Shown here in pieces: positions 9,738 through 21,700 of a DNA stretch of 64,000 nt (positions are counted from its first letter, which is position 1; every line of letters starts with the position of its first letter). The translations under genes and the position numbers were made by a program. The notes beneath the pieces were generated by a model, which made no database searches, was not told the DNA's origin, and saw nothing but the letters and a program-made list of their open reading frames with translations. The stretch is from Camelus dromedarius. Taxonomy: Eukaryota. Location: positions 9,238,001 to 9,302,000 of the forward strand of contig NC_087450.1 of NCBI RefSeq assembly GCF_036321535.1, in the 5' to 3' direction.

Positions 9738-12700
9738 ATGTTCTCCCGAAACCACCGGAGCCGGATCACCGTGGCCAGGGGCTCCGCCCTGGAGATGGAG
9801 TTCAAACGTGGCCGCTTCCGACTCAGCCTCTTCAGCGACCCTCCCGAGGTGAGAGACCCGCGTCCCTGCCTTCCCCTGCCCGGGCTCCAGCGGTCGGGCA
9901 GCCCGGGCCTCCCGCCCCTGCCCGCGCGCGCGGAGGGGCGGAGACGCCGCGGGCCGGGTACGCACCAGCGGTTGTTGACTTAAAAAGTCAGGGCAGACCG
10001 TCTGCGTGTTACTCGGGCTGAGCCACCCGAGAAGTTCCCTGGCCCAGTCAGGATGATTTGCCTCTGCCTGGAAAATCTCTGGGTTGGCTTCAATTTAAGG
10101 GGCTCTAGGCTCGATTCGTAAAATGTGCCTGGACCCCGGCCCCTCCCGGCATCCCGGAGCAAAGAGTGGTGTGCAACTAGTCGGGCCCTAACAGCTCGTA
10201 TTCCCGGCCTCCAGTCGCCTCCCACAACCTGTCTCAGCCGTCTGGGACAGCCACTTTCACCAATCTCACCCAGGTCTGCCCTCTTTGCTGAAACCCTCCC
10301 TAACTGCTCCTCTGTGGCTAGGAGAGTCAGGAGGAAGAAGGGGAGGGGGTGTGTCCCTATTAACGATTTGGAATTATTTCCCACACTCAAACGTTCAGCC
10401 TCCTTTCCTGGGGCTTAAGAGAGGTCTAGCCTCTAGTCTGACAATTGGTTCCCCAGCCCAACACCCTACACGTTACCCAGGTCTGAGCCCCACCTGTAAC
10501 TCCCTAAAAGGGCTGAAAGGTGTGGGGCTGAGCTAGGACTGAGAGGGCGAGTCTGCCCTCTCAGACGACAGACTCTGAGGCTGTCGCCGTGGTCAGCTCT
10601 CCTTCCCTGCTGGGCCTGGAAAGGGTTAAGTGAGGGGGCCTTCTTTCCTCCTCCCTGCCGGGATTCCAGGCCTGGCTTCTGCCCTTTCCCCCACAGACTG
10701 CCCAGAACAAAGGCTCTTTCATACCCGTGTCCCAGTGTCCCGGGCCTTCTCTGACTCAGAAGCCAGCGGATCTGGGGGAGAGAGCCTCCGTCAGGTCCAG
10801 CACCAGCCACGCAGCGTGGGGCCAGCGTGGGGGCGGGAGGAGCAAGGCCCAGGGACCAGGAGGAGGGGCCTGTGAGCGGCGGGTGGGGGCGCCCCGCCCC
10901 CGGGATAGGCCCGGCCTTTTGGGGGCCGTCGGGGAGGAGCCGGGGCGGAGCCGTTGGGCCCGGGCTGAGAGGAGTGTGACTCTGTGGGCCTGCGGGGAGG
11001 GGTGGGGGGCAAAGCTGCAGCTGGCTGGGAATCGGGGCTGGTTTCCTGTCTGGAAGGGAAGGGGCCCGCAGAGGGGAGAGGGGCAGCAGCAGCCAGGCAC
11101 ACCCCTGCCTTTCTCCCTCCCTCTCCTCCCTTCTGCTGGAAAAGCGAGGTAATTGTGAGCCCGGGGTGGGGGGCGGTCTGGATGGGGGACCCAAGTTGGA
11201 AGAGGTGGCCCTAGGGGTGGGGCTACTCTTACCCCTCTGTCGCACTCCCTGGGCTCACTCAAGTCCTCATCTCTTTCCCTCTTCTTCCTCAAACTAAGCC
11301 AGAGCCACTTTCAGAAGGCTCCAACCTCCTGGCAAACCCCACGGCCCTGTAGAACCTGCATGAAGTGTCCCCTCCCTGCCCCCTTCCAGTTGTGCCTGCC
11401 CCTCACACCCTGCAGCACACAGATTCTCTGTCCACTCGGCCAGGGATGTGGGCGGGGGCTGGGGAGGGGCCAGAGTCGGAATGAAAGGGCCCTTTTCTTC
11501 CACAGCTGGGGGAACAGCTGCCACCAAAGCAAGACTGGACACTCTGTGCCCAGAACCCCCTCTGCAGCTGGTCTGCCCTCTCGGGACCCTGCTCATCCTC
11601 ACCTCATTTTCCTCTCCTCCCGTGCCTGGCTCCCACCAGGGCCCTGGAACAGCGGGTAGGCAAGGGAAGTTTGTCACAGCAGCCAGAGGGGTCTAACAGG
11701 AGTGCACGGAGGACAGGGGCTGCCTCTGCCCTCTGCCCAACAACTACCCACCTCTTTCAAGACAAGGGGAGCAGCAAGAGAAGGAATTGTGGGGCAGCGT
11801 GGAGCTTGCTCGCTTCGCTCCTCTGGAGGGGTCAACAAGGGAAGGGGCACCAGGGGGCAGAGAGATGCAGGACAGATTGCACATCCTGGAGGACCTGAAT
11901 ATGCTCTACATCCGGCAGATGGCGCTCAGCCTGGAGGTAACGCCCCCACCCCTGGAGTGCGCCTCCTTCACAGCGCCCCAGCCCCAGTCTCTGCTCTGCC
12001 CATTCCTGCTGGGCTAATCCGGGAGAGTGGGGTCTGCTGAAAGTGGGAAGAGGGGCAGGTGGGTCTGTATACCGTTCGTTGGGTGCTATGTGTGGACCCA
12101 GGCTCAGTTCTGCCAATTAGAGTATTACGTTGGCAACAGGGTCTTCACACCAATTTCTGGAAGCCTTGTGGGTGGGTGTGGACGTGTGTTCTGGGGCTAA
12201 GGGCTCCTTTTAGGTATGGGAAGAACAGAGGTGTTCAATATGAGAGAGGCTGGCAGGAAGGCGATGGCCTTACCAGAAAAGGGGAAGAGGACTCTGGGGC
12301 AGGATATAAGGATTCTGTGGCCCTTAAGATGGCAGGGCGCTGTTTATCCATTTATTTATTCATTATCACATTTACTGAACACCTACTATATGCCAGGCTC
12401 CTTTCTAGATCTTGAGATACCTCAGTGACCAAAACAGGAAAGGTCCATTCTACTGAGGGAACAGATAATAAACATGCAAACACACAAATTATCCCACACA
12501 TGATGATGAAAACCGGGTGGGGGTGTGCTAAACATCAGGTAGGGGAGGCAGCATTAGACGCAGGGGTCAGAGAAGGCCTCTGTGAGATCTTTGAGCTGTG
12601 GCCAGAAACATACAAAGATGTGTGAAGATCGGAGGAAGGGCTTTCCAGCGGAGAGCACAGCAAGGGTAGAGGCCCTTGTGTAAGAATGGCCGTGATACGT

Positions 12701-15700
12701 TTGGGGAAGAAAGAGCGCCAGTGTGGCTGGAACATGACCGTTGGGGTGAGCTGACGGGCAGGGGCCAGATTATACAGGGCTTTGAAGGCCAGTGCAAGGC
12801 ACTTAGATTTTACTCTAAATGGGATGTTGGCCCACGGAAGGGTTTTAAGCAGGGAGACGACTCATCTAATGTTTTTAAATGATGGCTGCTGTGTTTTAAA
12901 TGAATAGGCTAGGCAGGGGTGGGGCGTGGAAGAGGGAAGGGTTGGCAAGAGGGGTAGCAGAAGACCTCCAGCTGGGAGGTTGTTACAGCCTTGGGGGAGT
13001 GAACCTGGTGGTGTGGATTAAATGCTGATGGTGGAGGGAGGGAGAAGGGGGTGGGTTTCAGAAGATGGCGGTAGATCTGACAGGGCTCGCTGATGCACTG
13101 GATGTGCAGAGTACGGCAGAGAGAGGACTCCAGGATGTTTTCCCCCGACTTGTGACTATGCAACTGGGCAGTGTGGTCATTTACTGAGATGGGGAAAATA
13201 GAAGGAGCTGTGGAAGTGACCGCCTGGACCAGGCAGGGACTTGCTGCTGAGGGAGGTCAGAGGCAGGACAATAGAGTCTAGCACAAAAAGGCAATTTATT
13301 GCATGTGTTGCTCCCCCAACCCCATCCCTACTTCTTAGATCATGGCAGACATTACTAGTCAATCATGGCACTCTTCACCAACAAACCCACACATGGCCTC
13401 AGAATCTTTCTTCGCACAACTTTGGCATACATTATGCAGGTTGTGTCCTTCACAAGGGCACTGGGCAGCGGCATTAGTCCTGGCCTGGTTTTGGGCTGTG
13501 TGATTGGGGGGGGGGGACCTTTATCTAATTTGTTTGCCTGGAGAAGATCATCTTTTTCTAAAATTTAGAAAGGTGCCCAACAAGCACCCTGGAACTCTGA
13601 CACTACCTGTTTTCCTGGGCTGGTACATGGGATCAAACCTATTTGCCAGCCCTAGTCCTCCGTACCGCCCATGTTACTAGTTACATGAGGCTATTTAAAT
13701 TCAAAATGAAGTTAATTGAAATAAAATAAAAAATTTAGTTCTTTCATTACTCTAGCCACATTTCAAGTGCTAGATGGCTACTGAACATTTTCATCATCGC
13801 AGACCTTATTGGACATGGATGGTCTAGGTATTTAAATGTTTAATTTGGCATCCCTTCCCCTCCATGTAAGTTTTCTTCATAGGAGCTCTGCCCAAGTTCT
13901 GGGACAGAAGAGGGAGCTTAGATTTTACTTTGGTCATCTCTTGTTCAGCCATGGGTTGGCTAAGGGTGCTTCTTTCCTTCTCCATGAAGCTGAGCAGTTC
14001 CCCAACTCCCATCCTCCTGGTGTTCCTGGGATTAGCAAGAGAGGTAGTCATGGAAGTGTAAACACAAGACTTTCTGGAGGAGAACACTTAAGCTCTCCCT
14101 AAGTAAAGGGGAGGTGGGAGTGCTGGGCCCAGGTAGAGGTCAGACTTTCCCATTTTAATCCTCAAACAGTGATATGAAGGACATGGAATACCCCGAAATT
14201 TACCAACTGAGATCTCCAGAGGTTAAGTTCTCACAGCTAGTCAAGTTCATAAGCCAGGATTTGAAATTAGCCCTGGGGGAGATTCTAAAGGGAACAGAAG
14301 GTGGTGAGAAGCAGAGCAGGAAGTCAGAGATAGAAGCGAGTGGGAGGGACTGGAAAGGATGTGCACGAGGGCCTAATGTGCACTGGGCCTTCTGCCCATG
14401 ACTCATCCTCCTTCAGCCCCTTGGGCCCTGACCCAGGTCCCACTGACATCCAGCTGAGGGCTCTTTCCCAGGAGAGTGTGGTGGCAGTACTGCCTGCCGG
14501 GGGAGAGAGGGTGTGTGGGTGGGGAAGGGGTGACATGGAGCTATCCCTGAGGGAGGGAGATGGGGCGAAGCTCAGGCATACAGAGCCCGCTTCAGGATTT
14601 CAGAGATGATCTGCCCGAAGGGTGAGATTTCCAGATGCTCTCACCATCAGGCCCTGGGAGAGTGGATTCGGATGGAAGGGCAGTGGGGGGGCGGGGGCGG
14701 GGTATGGTAGCCCGGGTAGTGTCTGGGCCCCCAGTCCGGCTCTTCCAGGCTGGTCACAGCGACTTCTCTGCAGCTCCAGTTAATTCCAGGTTAGACAGCG
14801 TCCCCCTCCCGCATGCTCCGAGGCAAGGAGTCACCTGGGAGGGCAACCGCAGCGTGGTCGGGCCTCCTGTCTTCCGGCACCTCCGCGGCCTGCAGCCCTT
14901 TCCTGGGCGAGGCCGGTGCTCCTGGAGGTACCTTCCCATCTCGACTGGGTCTCTGTGGTAGCGCCACCCGGAGCCTAGCCCAGCCGGGACCGCAGGACCG
15001 CCGGCGCCCCGGGACCCCCGGGCCGCTCTCGCGGCGGTTGGGAGCTGACGTCACCGCCGCCGTGGGCGGGGGCGGGGCGGCTCCTCTGGCCGGTGCACAG
15101 CCTGCACTGGCGCCGCACAGGCAATGGCCAGGGCTAGGGAAGAATCCGTGAGTGCTGGGGCCGGGACCAAGAGGCTAGTCAGGAGGGGGCCTCGGGGTGC
15201 TGCTCTGCTGCAACCCCCTCAGCTGTTTGGGGTGTTTGTGGTAGAAGCTGGATGCAGAATGGGATGAGGGGTGGCAAGCAGCAAAGCGCAGCAGAAGTGG
15301 GATGCTGCTGCAGGCGGACTTAGTGGGGGTGGGGGCAGTTGCGTAGTCTGAGGGCTTCCTCGGGGAGGGGGCATTGGAACCGGGTTGGTCTATTTCTAAA
15401 GGGTGAGGAAGGGAAAGGTAGATGGTGAGGGTGATGAGAGTCTGGCTTAGCCCAAGTAGGGAAGGAAGAATCTGCAGGGATGCTGGAAAAGGCAATTCCT
15501 GGAAGCAGGAACTTAGGGTGCTCAAGGCTTGGAGTTTTGAAGGCTGGGGCCACCAGGGGCAGAAGCAAGGGCACAGAGTGTGGGAGAGCTGGTGTGAGGG
15601 GGAAGATGGGTTTTGGTTTGGGGCAGTCACATTCGCCCTCCTCTTTCAACCCGGTGGCTCCACTTGGCTTGTCTGATTTGTACACTGTAAGGGGGTTAGT

Positions 15701-18700
15701 CTTCCACCTCCTTTCTGAAGCCTTCCCGTTCACCTCAGCCAGAAGCAAATAGTGTCTGTTTCCTGTGAGCGTGTTTGTGCCATGACATGGCACTTATGGA
15801 GCAGCCATTAGTGTCTGCACCTCTCACCTCCCAGCCGATTTCAAACGTGGAGCTTTGCACAGCAGAGAGATGCTCCAGTGTTTGTTGGGTGAATGCTACT
15901 GGGGCCAAAGTAGCGTCATTGAAATAAGCACCCCCACCATTCATGTAGATCATATGCTGGGCATTGTGCTCAAAGCCTGCTCAGCCCCTCACTGCTGACC
16001 TCCTGCTTCACCTGCCTTCCCATCCCCACTCCTTGCCTTTGTCCTCACCTCCCAAACTCAGAGGGCCAGCGGGTGGCAGATTCCCAAATCTGGGGTGTGT
16101 AGGGCATCCTTGTGCAGCATGGGTGAGCACTGCAGGCGGTTGCGCCTTCTCCGCTGACCCCTTGCCAACTAGCTGTCCTCTCTCATCACTTGAGCCTTTG
16201 GGGTGGCCCAGCATGGCCTTTACTATCTGTGGCCATTCCCTTTAGATGGTGGTTCCAGCCCGGGCTGTACCTCAGAGTCACGTGGGAAATTTTCCCAGAA
16301 ATGCACTTAGAGATTCTCATTTTGCTGATCTGAGGTGGGGCCTGGTGATTTTTTTTTTAACTCAGAAGATTTAAGTTTTTAAAAGGTAACATAATTTCTA
16401 ATAGTACAATAATAAAGAAGGGTATTTATAAAGTATCATAAATCAGTTTATCATTTCTGGCTCCCGGCCCCACAACCACTATTTTATGCATATCTACGGA
16501 TATGGATATACATGTATAGATATCCTGCACAAATGGCAACATGCTATATTGTTCTACTTTTTTTACTCATTTCATATATTTTGAAGATTAAGTTTTGCAC
16601 ACATGTCTACCTTAGTTTTTAATGTCCGGAATATTCCACATATCATGGTTTAGATGTGCTGTAACTTATTGAACCAATGCCTTGTTGAAGGACTTATAAT
16701 CTTGGTGTTTTGAAATGATGCAATGAACATGGCTCTGCCCACATGTGTGATGATAACCTGTGGGATAAACTCCTGGATATTGGATAGCTGGATCAGAGGA
16801 TATGTGAATTTGGAGTTTTTACAGATTTTTCCAAATTACGCTCAAATGAGGCTGTTGAAATGTTTACTCCCAGAGGGCACCTGTGGTTTTACAAAGCTTC
16901 TCTGGTAATTGTTGGGCAGCTGAGATCGAGACTCAACCCTTGTCCCTTAGTCACCTGGGACGTAAGTTTTTTCTTGTCAGTTTCTCAGGGCCTACAGCCC
17001 ACGTGGAGATGGGAGGGTGCTTTGGCCTGTCTGTCCTCTGACTGCCATTTCCTCTGACTGGCNNNNNNNNNNNNNNNNNNNNNNNNNNNNNNNNNNNNNN
17101 NNNNNNNNNNNNNNNNNNNNNNNNNNNNNNNNNNNNNNNNNNNNNNNNNNNNNNNNNNNNNNNNNNNNNNNNNNNNNNNNNNNNNNNNNNNNNNCGCGTC
17201 CTGAGCTACATGGGCGAGCTGCAGCGGCGCAAGGAGGCGCAGGTGCTGGGAAAGACAGGCCGGCGGTGAGCACGGGGTGGGGGGGGGGGCGGGCAAGGCT
17301 TTGTGGGGGACAGCGGGGCGGCGTGTGTGCACATGGAGTGTGGCCCACCCTGAGGTGGATGTCCTCGTGAAGACTTTTCAGAAGTCACCTTGGTGTTTTA
17401 CCACCACAGTGTGCTGCCCAGAGGGCCACCAGTGAATTTCTGGGGCTGGGCTCAGGGGAGCCAGTGTATCTGGTAAAGGGCTGGTGGTATTTCTGAGGGG
17501 CAGTAATGCAAACGCCCTCATTTGCTAAGCCCTGCCTGTGATCTGAGGACGCAGGCTGGCTGGCTTCTGGAGAGCTAATTTCCTCAAAGCCAGTTCACCA
17601 AGTGGCCAATTTACCTAACTGACAATAAATAGTTCATTGTAGCTGGGATTCACCTCATCACAGAGATGAGGCAGGGACGGGGAAGGGAAATAATGGGGGA
17701 AAAAATAAGGGAAAGCCTACCTATTCACATAAACTAAATTGTATATTCTAAAGGACTCAACTCACAGCCTACACTGACATTAGATGCTGCTGATCTAACA
17801 AATCTGCAGTGAAATCTGCTCTTGTAAATCTAAAACATGGGAGAAAATATTTGGCAAATTGATCACTCTGAGAACTGGCCATTTTTGGTAAATTGGTCTT
17901 TTGGAAAACTGGCTTCTGGCAAAGTAGCCTGCTTGACCCCACCAGGCTGAGTGGGAGAAAGTCCTGGCCCCGCAATGACATGGTGTCCATCCCAGCTCAG
18001 CACACAGGGGAGGCTGCCAGGAGCCCTCCAGAGCTCACCCATGAAGACACCAGGGGAAGGCAGAAAACCTCCTGTGGCTGCTCCGTCACATTAGAGAAAG
18101 GGCAGGCAGGCACGGGGACAGTTTGAACCGTGAGTTTGCTGCTTCCTGAGAGGCAGCCATTGACAGGCTCTGCCCTGCCCAAGTCCCCACACGGCCCGTA
18201 CAGTGTGACCTGAGCTACACCTCGAGTCCCTGGCAGCTAAACACATTGCCATCAGTGCCAAATCATTTAGTTTAAGGCTGTACTAAGTCACTTATTTCAT
18301 ATAATGAAGTACGAATTAGTACAGTTCCTTAGGGGAGGAACATGTGCCTGGTGAGTCTGATGGGCGGGGGGAGGAAGGCCGGGTGCCCCCCTGCAGTGGG
18401 GGGGTGTCTAGGGAACTTGGGACACTGGGAAGGCTCAGCCCACCCAGCCAGGAGGGTAAAGGAGGAGGCAAGGCTGAGAGGGAGGATGGAGAGAGGTTTG
18501 TGGCAAATGGAACACAAATGCACCCTCCTTGGGATCTTGGTTTTCAGACTGACCCGGTACCTTCCTTTGTCAAAGTGATGAGATGGTGAAGACAGGCAGC
18601 CTCTTTTGTTGCTTAAAGGAAAGCCTGCAAACTCCAAGCCTGGGGGTTAATGGAGAAGAGTCCTTGAAAGGGAGTCTCTCTGTGGGCACCGTCCCCTCCA

Positions 18701-21700
18701 GCCCCACCTGCCCCTGGCAGAGGTCTGGGGAGGTGGTCAGGGAGGGTGCCTGGGGGCGGCTGCCTGAGCGTGTGGGGTGTATGTGAGTTGAGTCCCTCTT
18801 GCATTCCCCAGCCCAGCAACCTCCGGGCTGCTGACAGCTCTCCCTGACAGTCCCTCAGCCCTTGCCACGTCAGCCTGGCTGGGACCTGGTGGCTGGGTCC
18901 TGGACCTGGGAGGGTTCCCAGAGCCCTTGGGGACCAGAGCCAGGAGGAATAATGTCTAGAGGCCAGGGTAGGATTTGTGATTTGCCCACAGGCCTTCTGA
19001 CAGTGGGCCACCCGCTGAGCGCTCCCCCTGCCGCGGCCGGGTCTGCATCTCTGGTAAGCAGCACAGCCACCCCAGCTGTTGGCGCTCCTTGCCCAAGATG
19101 TCCTGCCCCATCACAACATCTATCCCTGCTTCTGCCCCTTAGACCTCCGGATTCCACTCATGTGGAAGGACACAGAGTATTTCAAGAACAAAGGCGGTGA
19201 GTCCCACACGTGCTAGGACAAATTTAAGGGAGTACCCTGAGACTGGAGGCCCCTGTGGAGCACAGCTTTACCCGTTTTGCCCTCTGTCCCCAGACCTGCA
19301 CCGCTGGGCTGTGTTCCTGCTGCTGCAGCTGGGGGAGGACATTCAGGACACAGAGATGGTCCTGGTGGACAGGACCCTCGCAGACATCTCCTTTCAGAAC
19401 AACGTGCTTTTGTGAGTTCCTCATCCCTCGTGGCTCCCTCCTTTCTCCACTCAGGAGACCAGGTAGCTACGGGGGAGGGGAGGGAGAGGAGAGGGAGGCG
19501 GGGAGATGGGCCGTCCCCGAGGAGCTGCCCTGTGCTTGCACCATAGCCATCCTCCAGCTCCTCACCCAGACATCCCCAGGACCATTCTCTCTTCCTCCCA
19601 CACTCCTATAGTGCCGAGGCAGGGCCAGACTTTGAACTGCGGCTGGAGCTGTATGGGGCCTGCGTGGAAGAGGAGGGGGCCCTGGCTGGAGCCCCCAAGA
19701 GGCTTGCCACCAAACTCAGCAGCTCCCTGGGCCGTTCCTCAGGGAGGCGTGTTCGGGCATCGCTGGAGAGTGCTGGGGGCTCAGGGAGCAGTCCCATCCT
19801 GCTCCCCACACCGACTGCGCGGTAAGGCCCGACATTCCCCCACTGCTCTCAGCTGGCCACAGGTGGCCTCTGAGCTACGCTGAGCACGCAGAGCCTGTTT
19901 TGCACTGCTGCCAGGACATGCAGACAGACGTGAATGAATGAGCAGTGGCCACATAGCTGGGAAGTACTCTGACCTGGGCTCAGTCCTGCAGGGCTGGGCC
20001 CAAGCTAACTGAGAAGACCAGCAGGAATGCAGGGGGTGTGAGGCTCTGGGCTGTTCACTATTTTGCAGCAGCAGATACATTTGTGTCGATAGGACAGGGC
20101 TACCCTGGTTGAAGCAGGGTAGCCTGGGTCCTGTGGTGTTGCCTGCAGGCACCTGCAGGCACCGAGTAGAATCACTGGGCCTTGGAGGAGCAGTTTGAGA
20201 ACCTTCGGGGTAATGAACAGAAGGCTGGTTTGGGATACAGACATACAATCAAATTCCAATCCCATCACCTAAGCTCTATTTAAGGGCAGATTTCTTAACT
20301 TCATTAAGCCTCAAGCGGCCTCATCTATTAATTAAAGAATGTCACCTCACAGGGCTGTCGTGGGAATACAGTGGGATAACATACTTAAAGCACAGGGTCC
20401 GGCACTTAGCAGGGGTGCAGTAAATGTTTGTTCCAACCCCTGTGGGGGAAGCAATCTGGTTTTCTGTAGGGCAGCCTGAGCCATGGAGGCCCTTAAAGCT
20501 CCTGCCATCCACGCCCTTCACTTGACTGCTGCCCACTTCTCTGTCCAGCAGAGGTCCTCGTTACCACCTCTTGGCTCATACCACCCTCACCCTGGCAGCG
20601 GTGCAAGATGGGTTCCGCACCCATGACCTCACCCTCGCCAGCCATGGTGAGTACGTGTGTACGTGGGGGATGCTGGACGGTGAGAAGAGGGGCTGTTGGA
20701 TGGTCTCCTTCACCCTCCCCACCCTCACCCTGCACTTCCTCCTCCTCCCCTAGAGGAGAACCCCGCCTGGCTGCCCCTTTATGGTAGCGTGTGTTGCCGC
20801 CTGGTGGCTCAGCCTGTCTGCATGATTCAGCCTACTGCAAGTGGTCCCCTCAGGGTGCAGGTGAGGGGCCCTGAGGAGTGGAAGGGAACAGGGAGAAGGC
20901 AGAGCAGCCCTGAATCACCTAGGGATCCAAGGACTATTGAAAAAGCAAGATCTGGGTGGAGGGGGGAGAGGCATGGCCAGAAGAGGGGAGGGTCAGGCAG
21001 GAGAGTGGGCAGAAAGGAGCCCTTTCTCTCTGGGGGGCTGGGAAGGAGGGTTATGAGGGGGGTTGTGATTCCCCTGGGAAACCTTGAGTCATTTACGCAG
21101 CAAGCGGGGGAGCTGAAGGACTGGATGCGAGTACACGGAGTCCTGAAAGGAACAAACCTCTTGTGTTACCGGCAACCTGAAGACGGAGATGCTGGGGAAG
21201 AGCCGCTGTTTACTATTGTCATCAACAAGGTGAGGCGTCCCTGGTGGTGAAGCCAGCAGGTGCCAGGGTTCGGGAGCCTTTCTGTCAGACCCCAGGAGGG
21301 TGGGCACAGACCTCAGAGAGATCAAAGCTAGCCTCCTGCTCCTAAATCACCACCCCCAGCTTCTGGGCCAGGGCTGCTGAGGGGACCATGTTCTCCCCAG
21401 CCAGCATCACTGGAAAAAGACTGTCCCTTCTACTCACCAGCCTCACCTCTGCCAAATCTCAGAGAGGGTTCCATGGCCCGCCTAGGACTTTTCATCCACC
21501 TTCCATCTTTCCCCTCAGGTTCCAATCTGCATCTCCTATACCCTTTCCTGGATTTTTCTCCCAGCCCAAGTCCAAGGACCCTCTTTGTTCCCTAGCCCTT
21601 TTCCTGGTGTCCCTGCTGACTTTTATGGAAGTGTCAAAAAACCTCAGGCCTCAGCGTTCCTGCCTGCCTCCATGCCTTCCCTGCCTTGCTCAGTCTCTTT

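Noticed and set aside
9302-10021. 239-aa ORF and overlapping ORFs across the RTKN CpG island
   Set aside because: Low-complexity R/G/P/A translation typical of stop-poor GC-rich DNA. The real coding exon (9738-9848) is in another frame.
11040-11155. Possible extra RTKN 5' exon ending at GAG|GTAATT (~11148)
   Set aside because: A donor-like site only, with no in-frame ATG or other support. It may just be part of the promoter region of the MQDR exon.
10466-11292. 259-aa and 178-aa minus-strand ORFs in RTKN intron 1
   Set aside because: GC-rich composition artefacts with no recognisable domain or splice structure.
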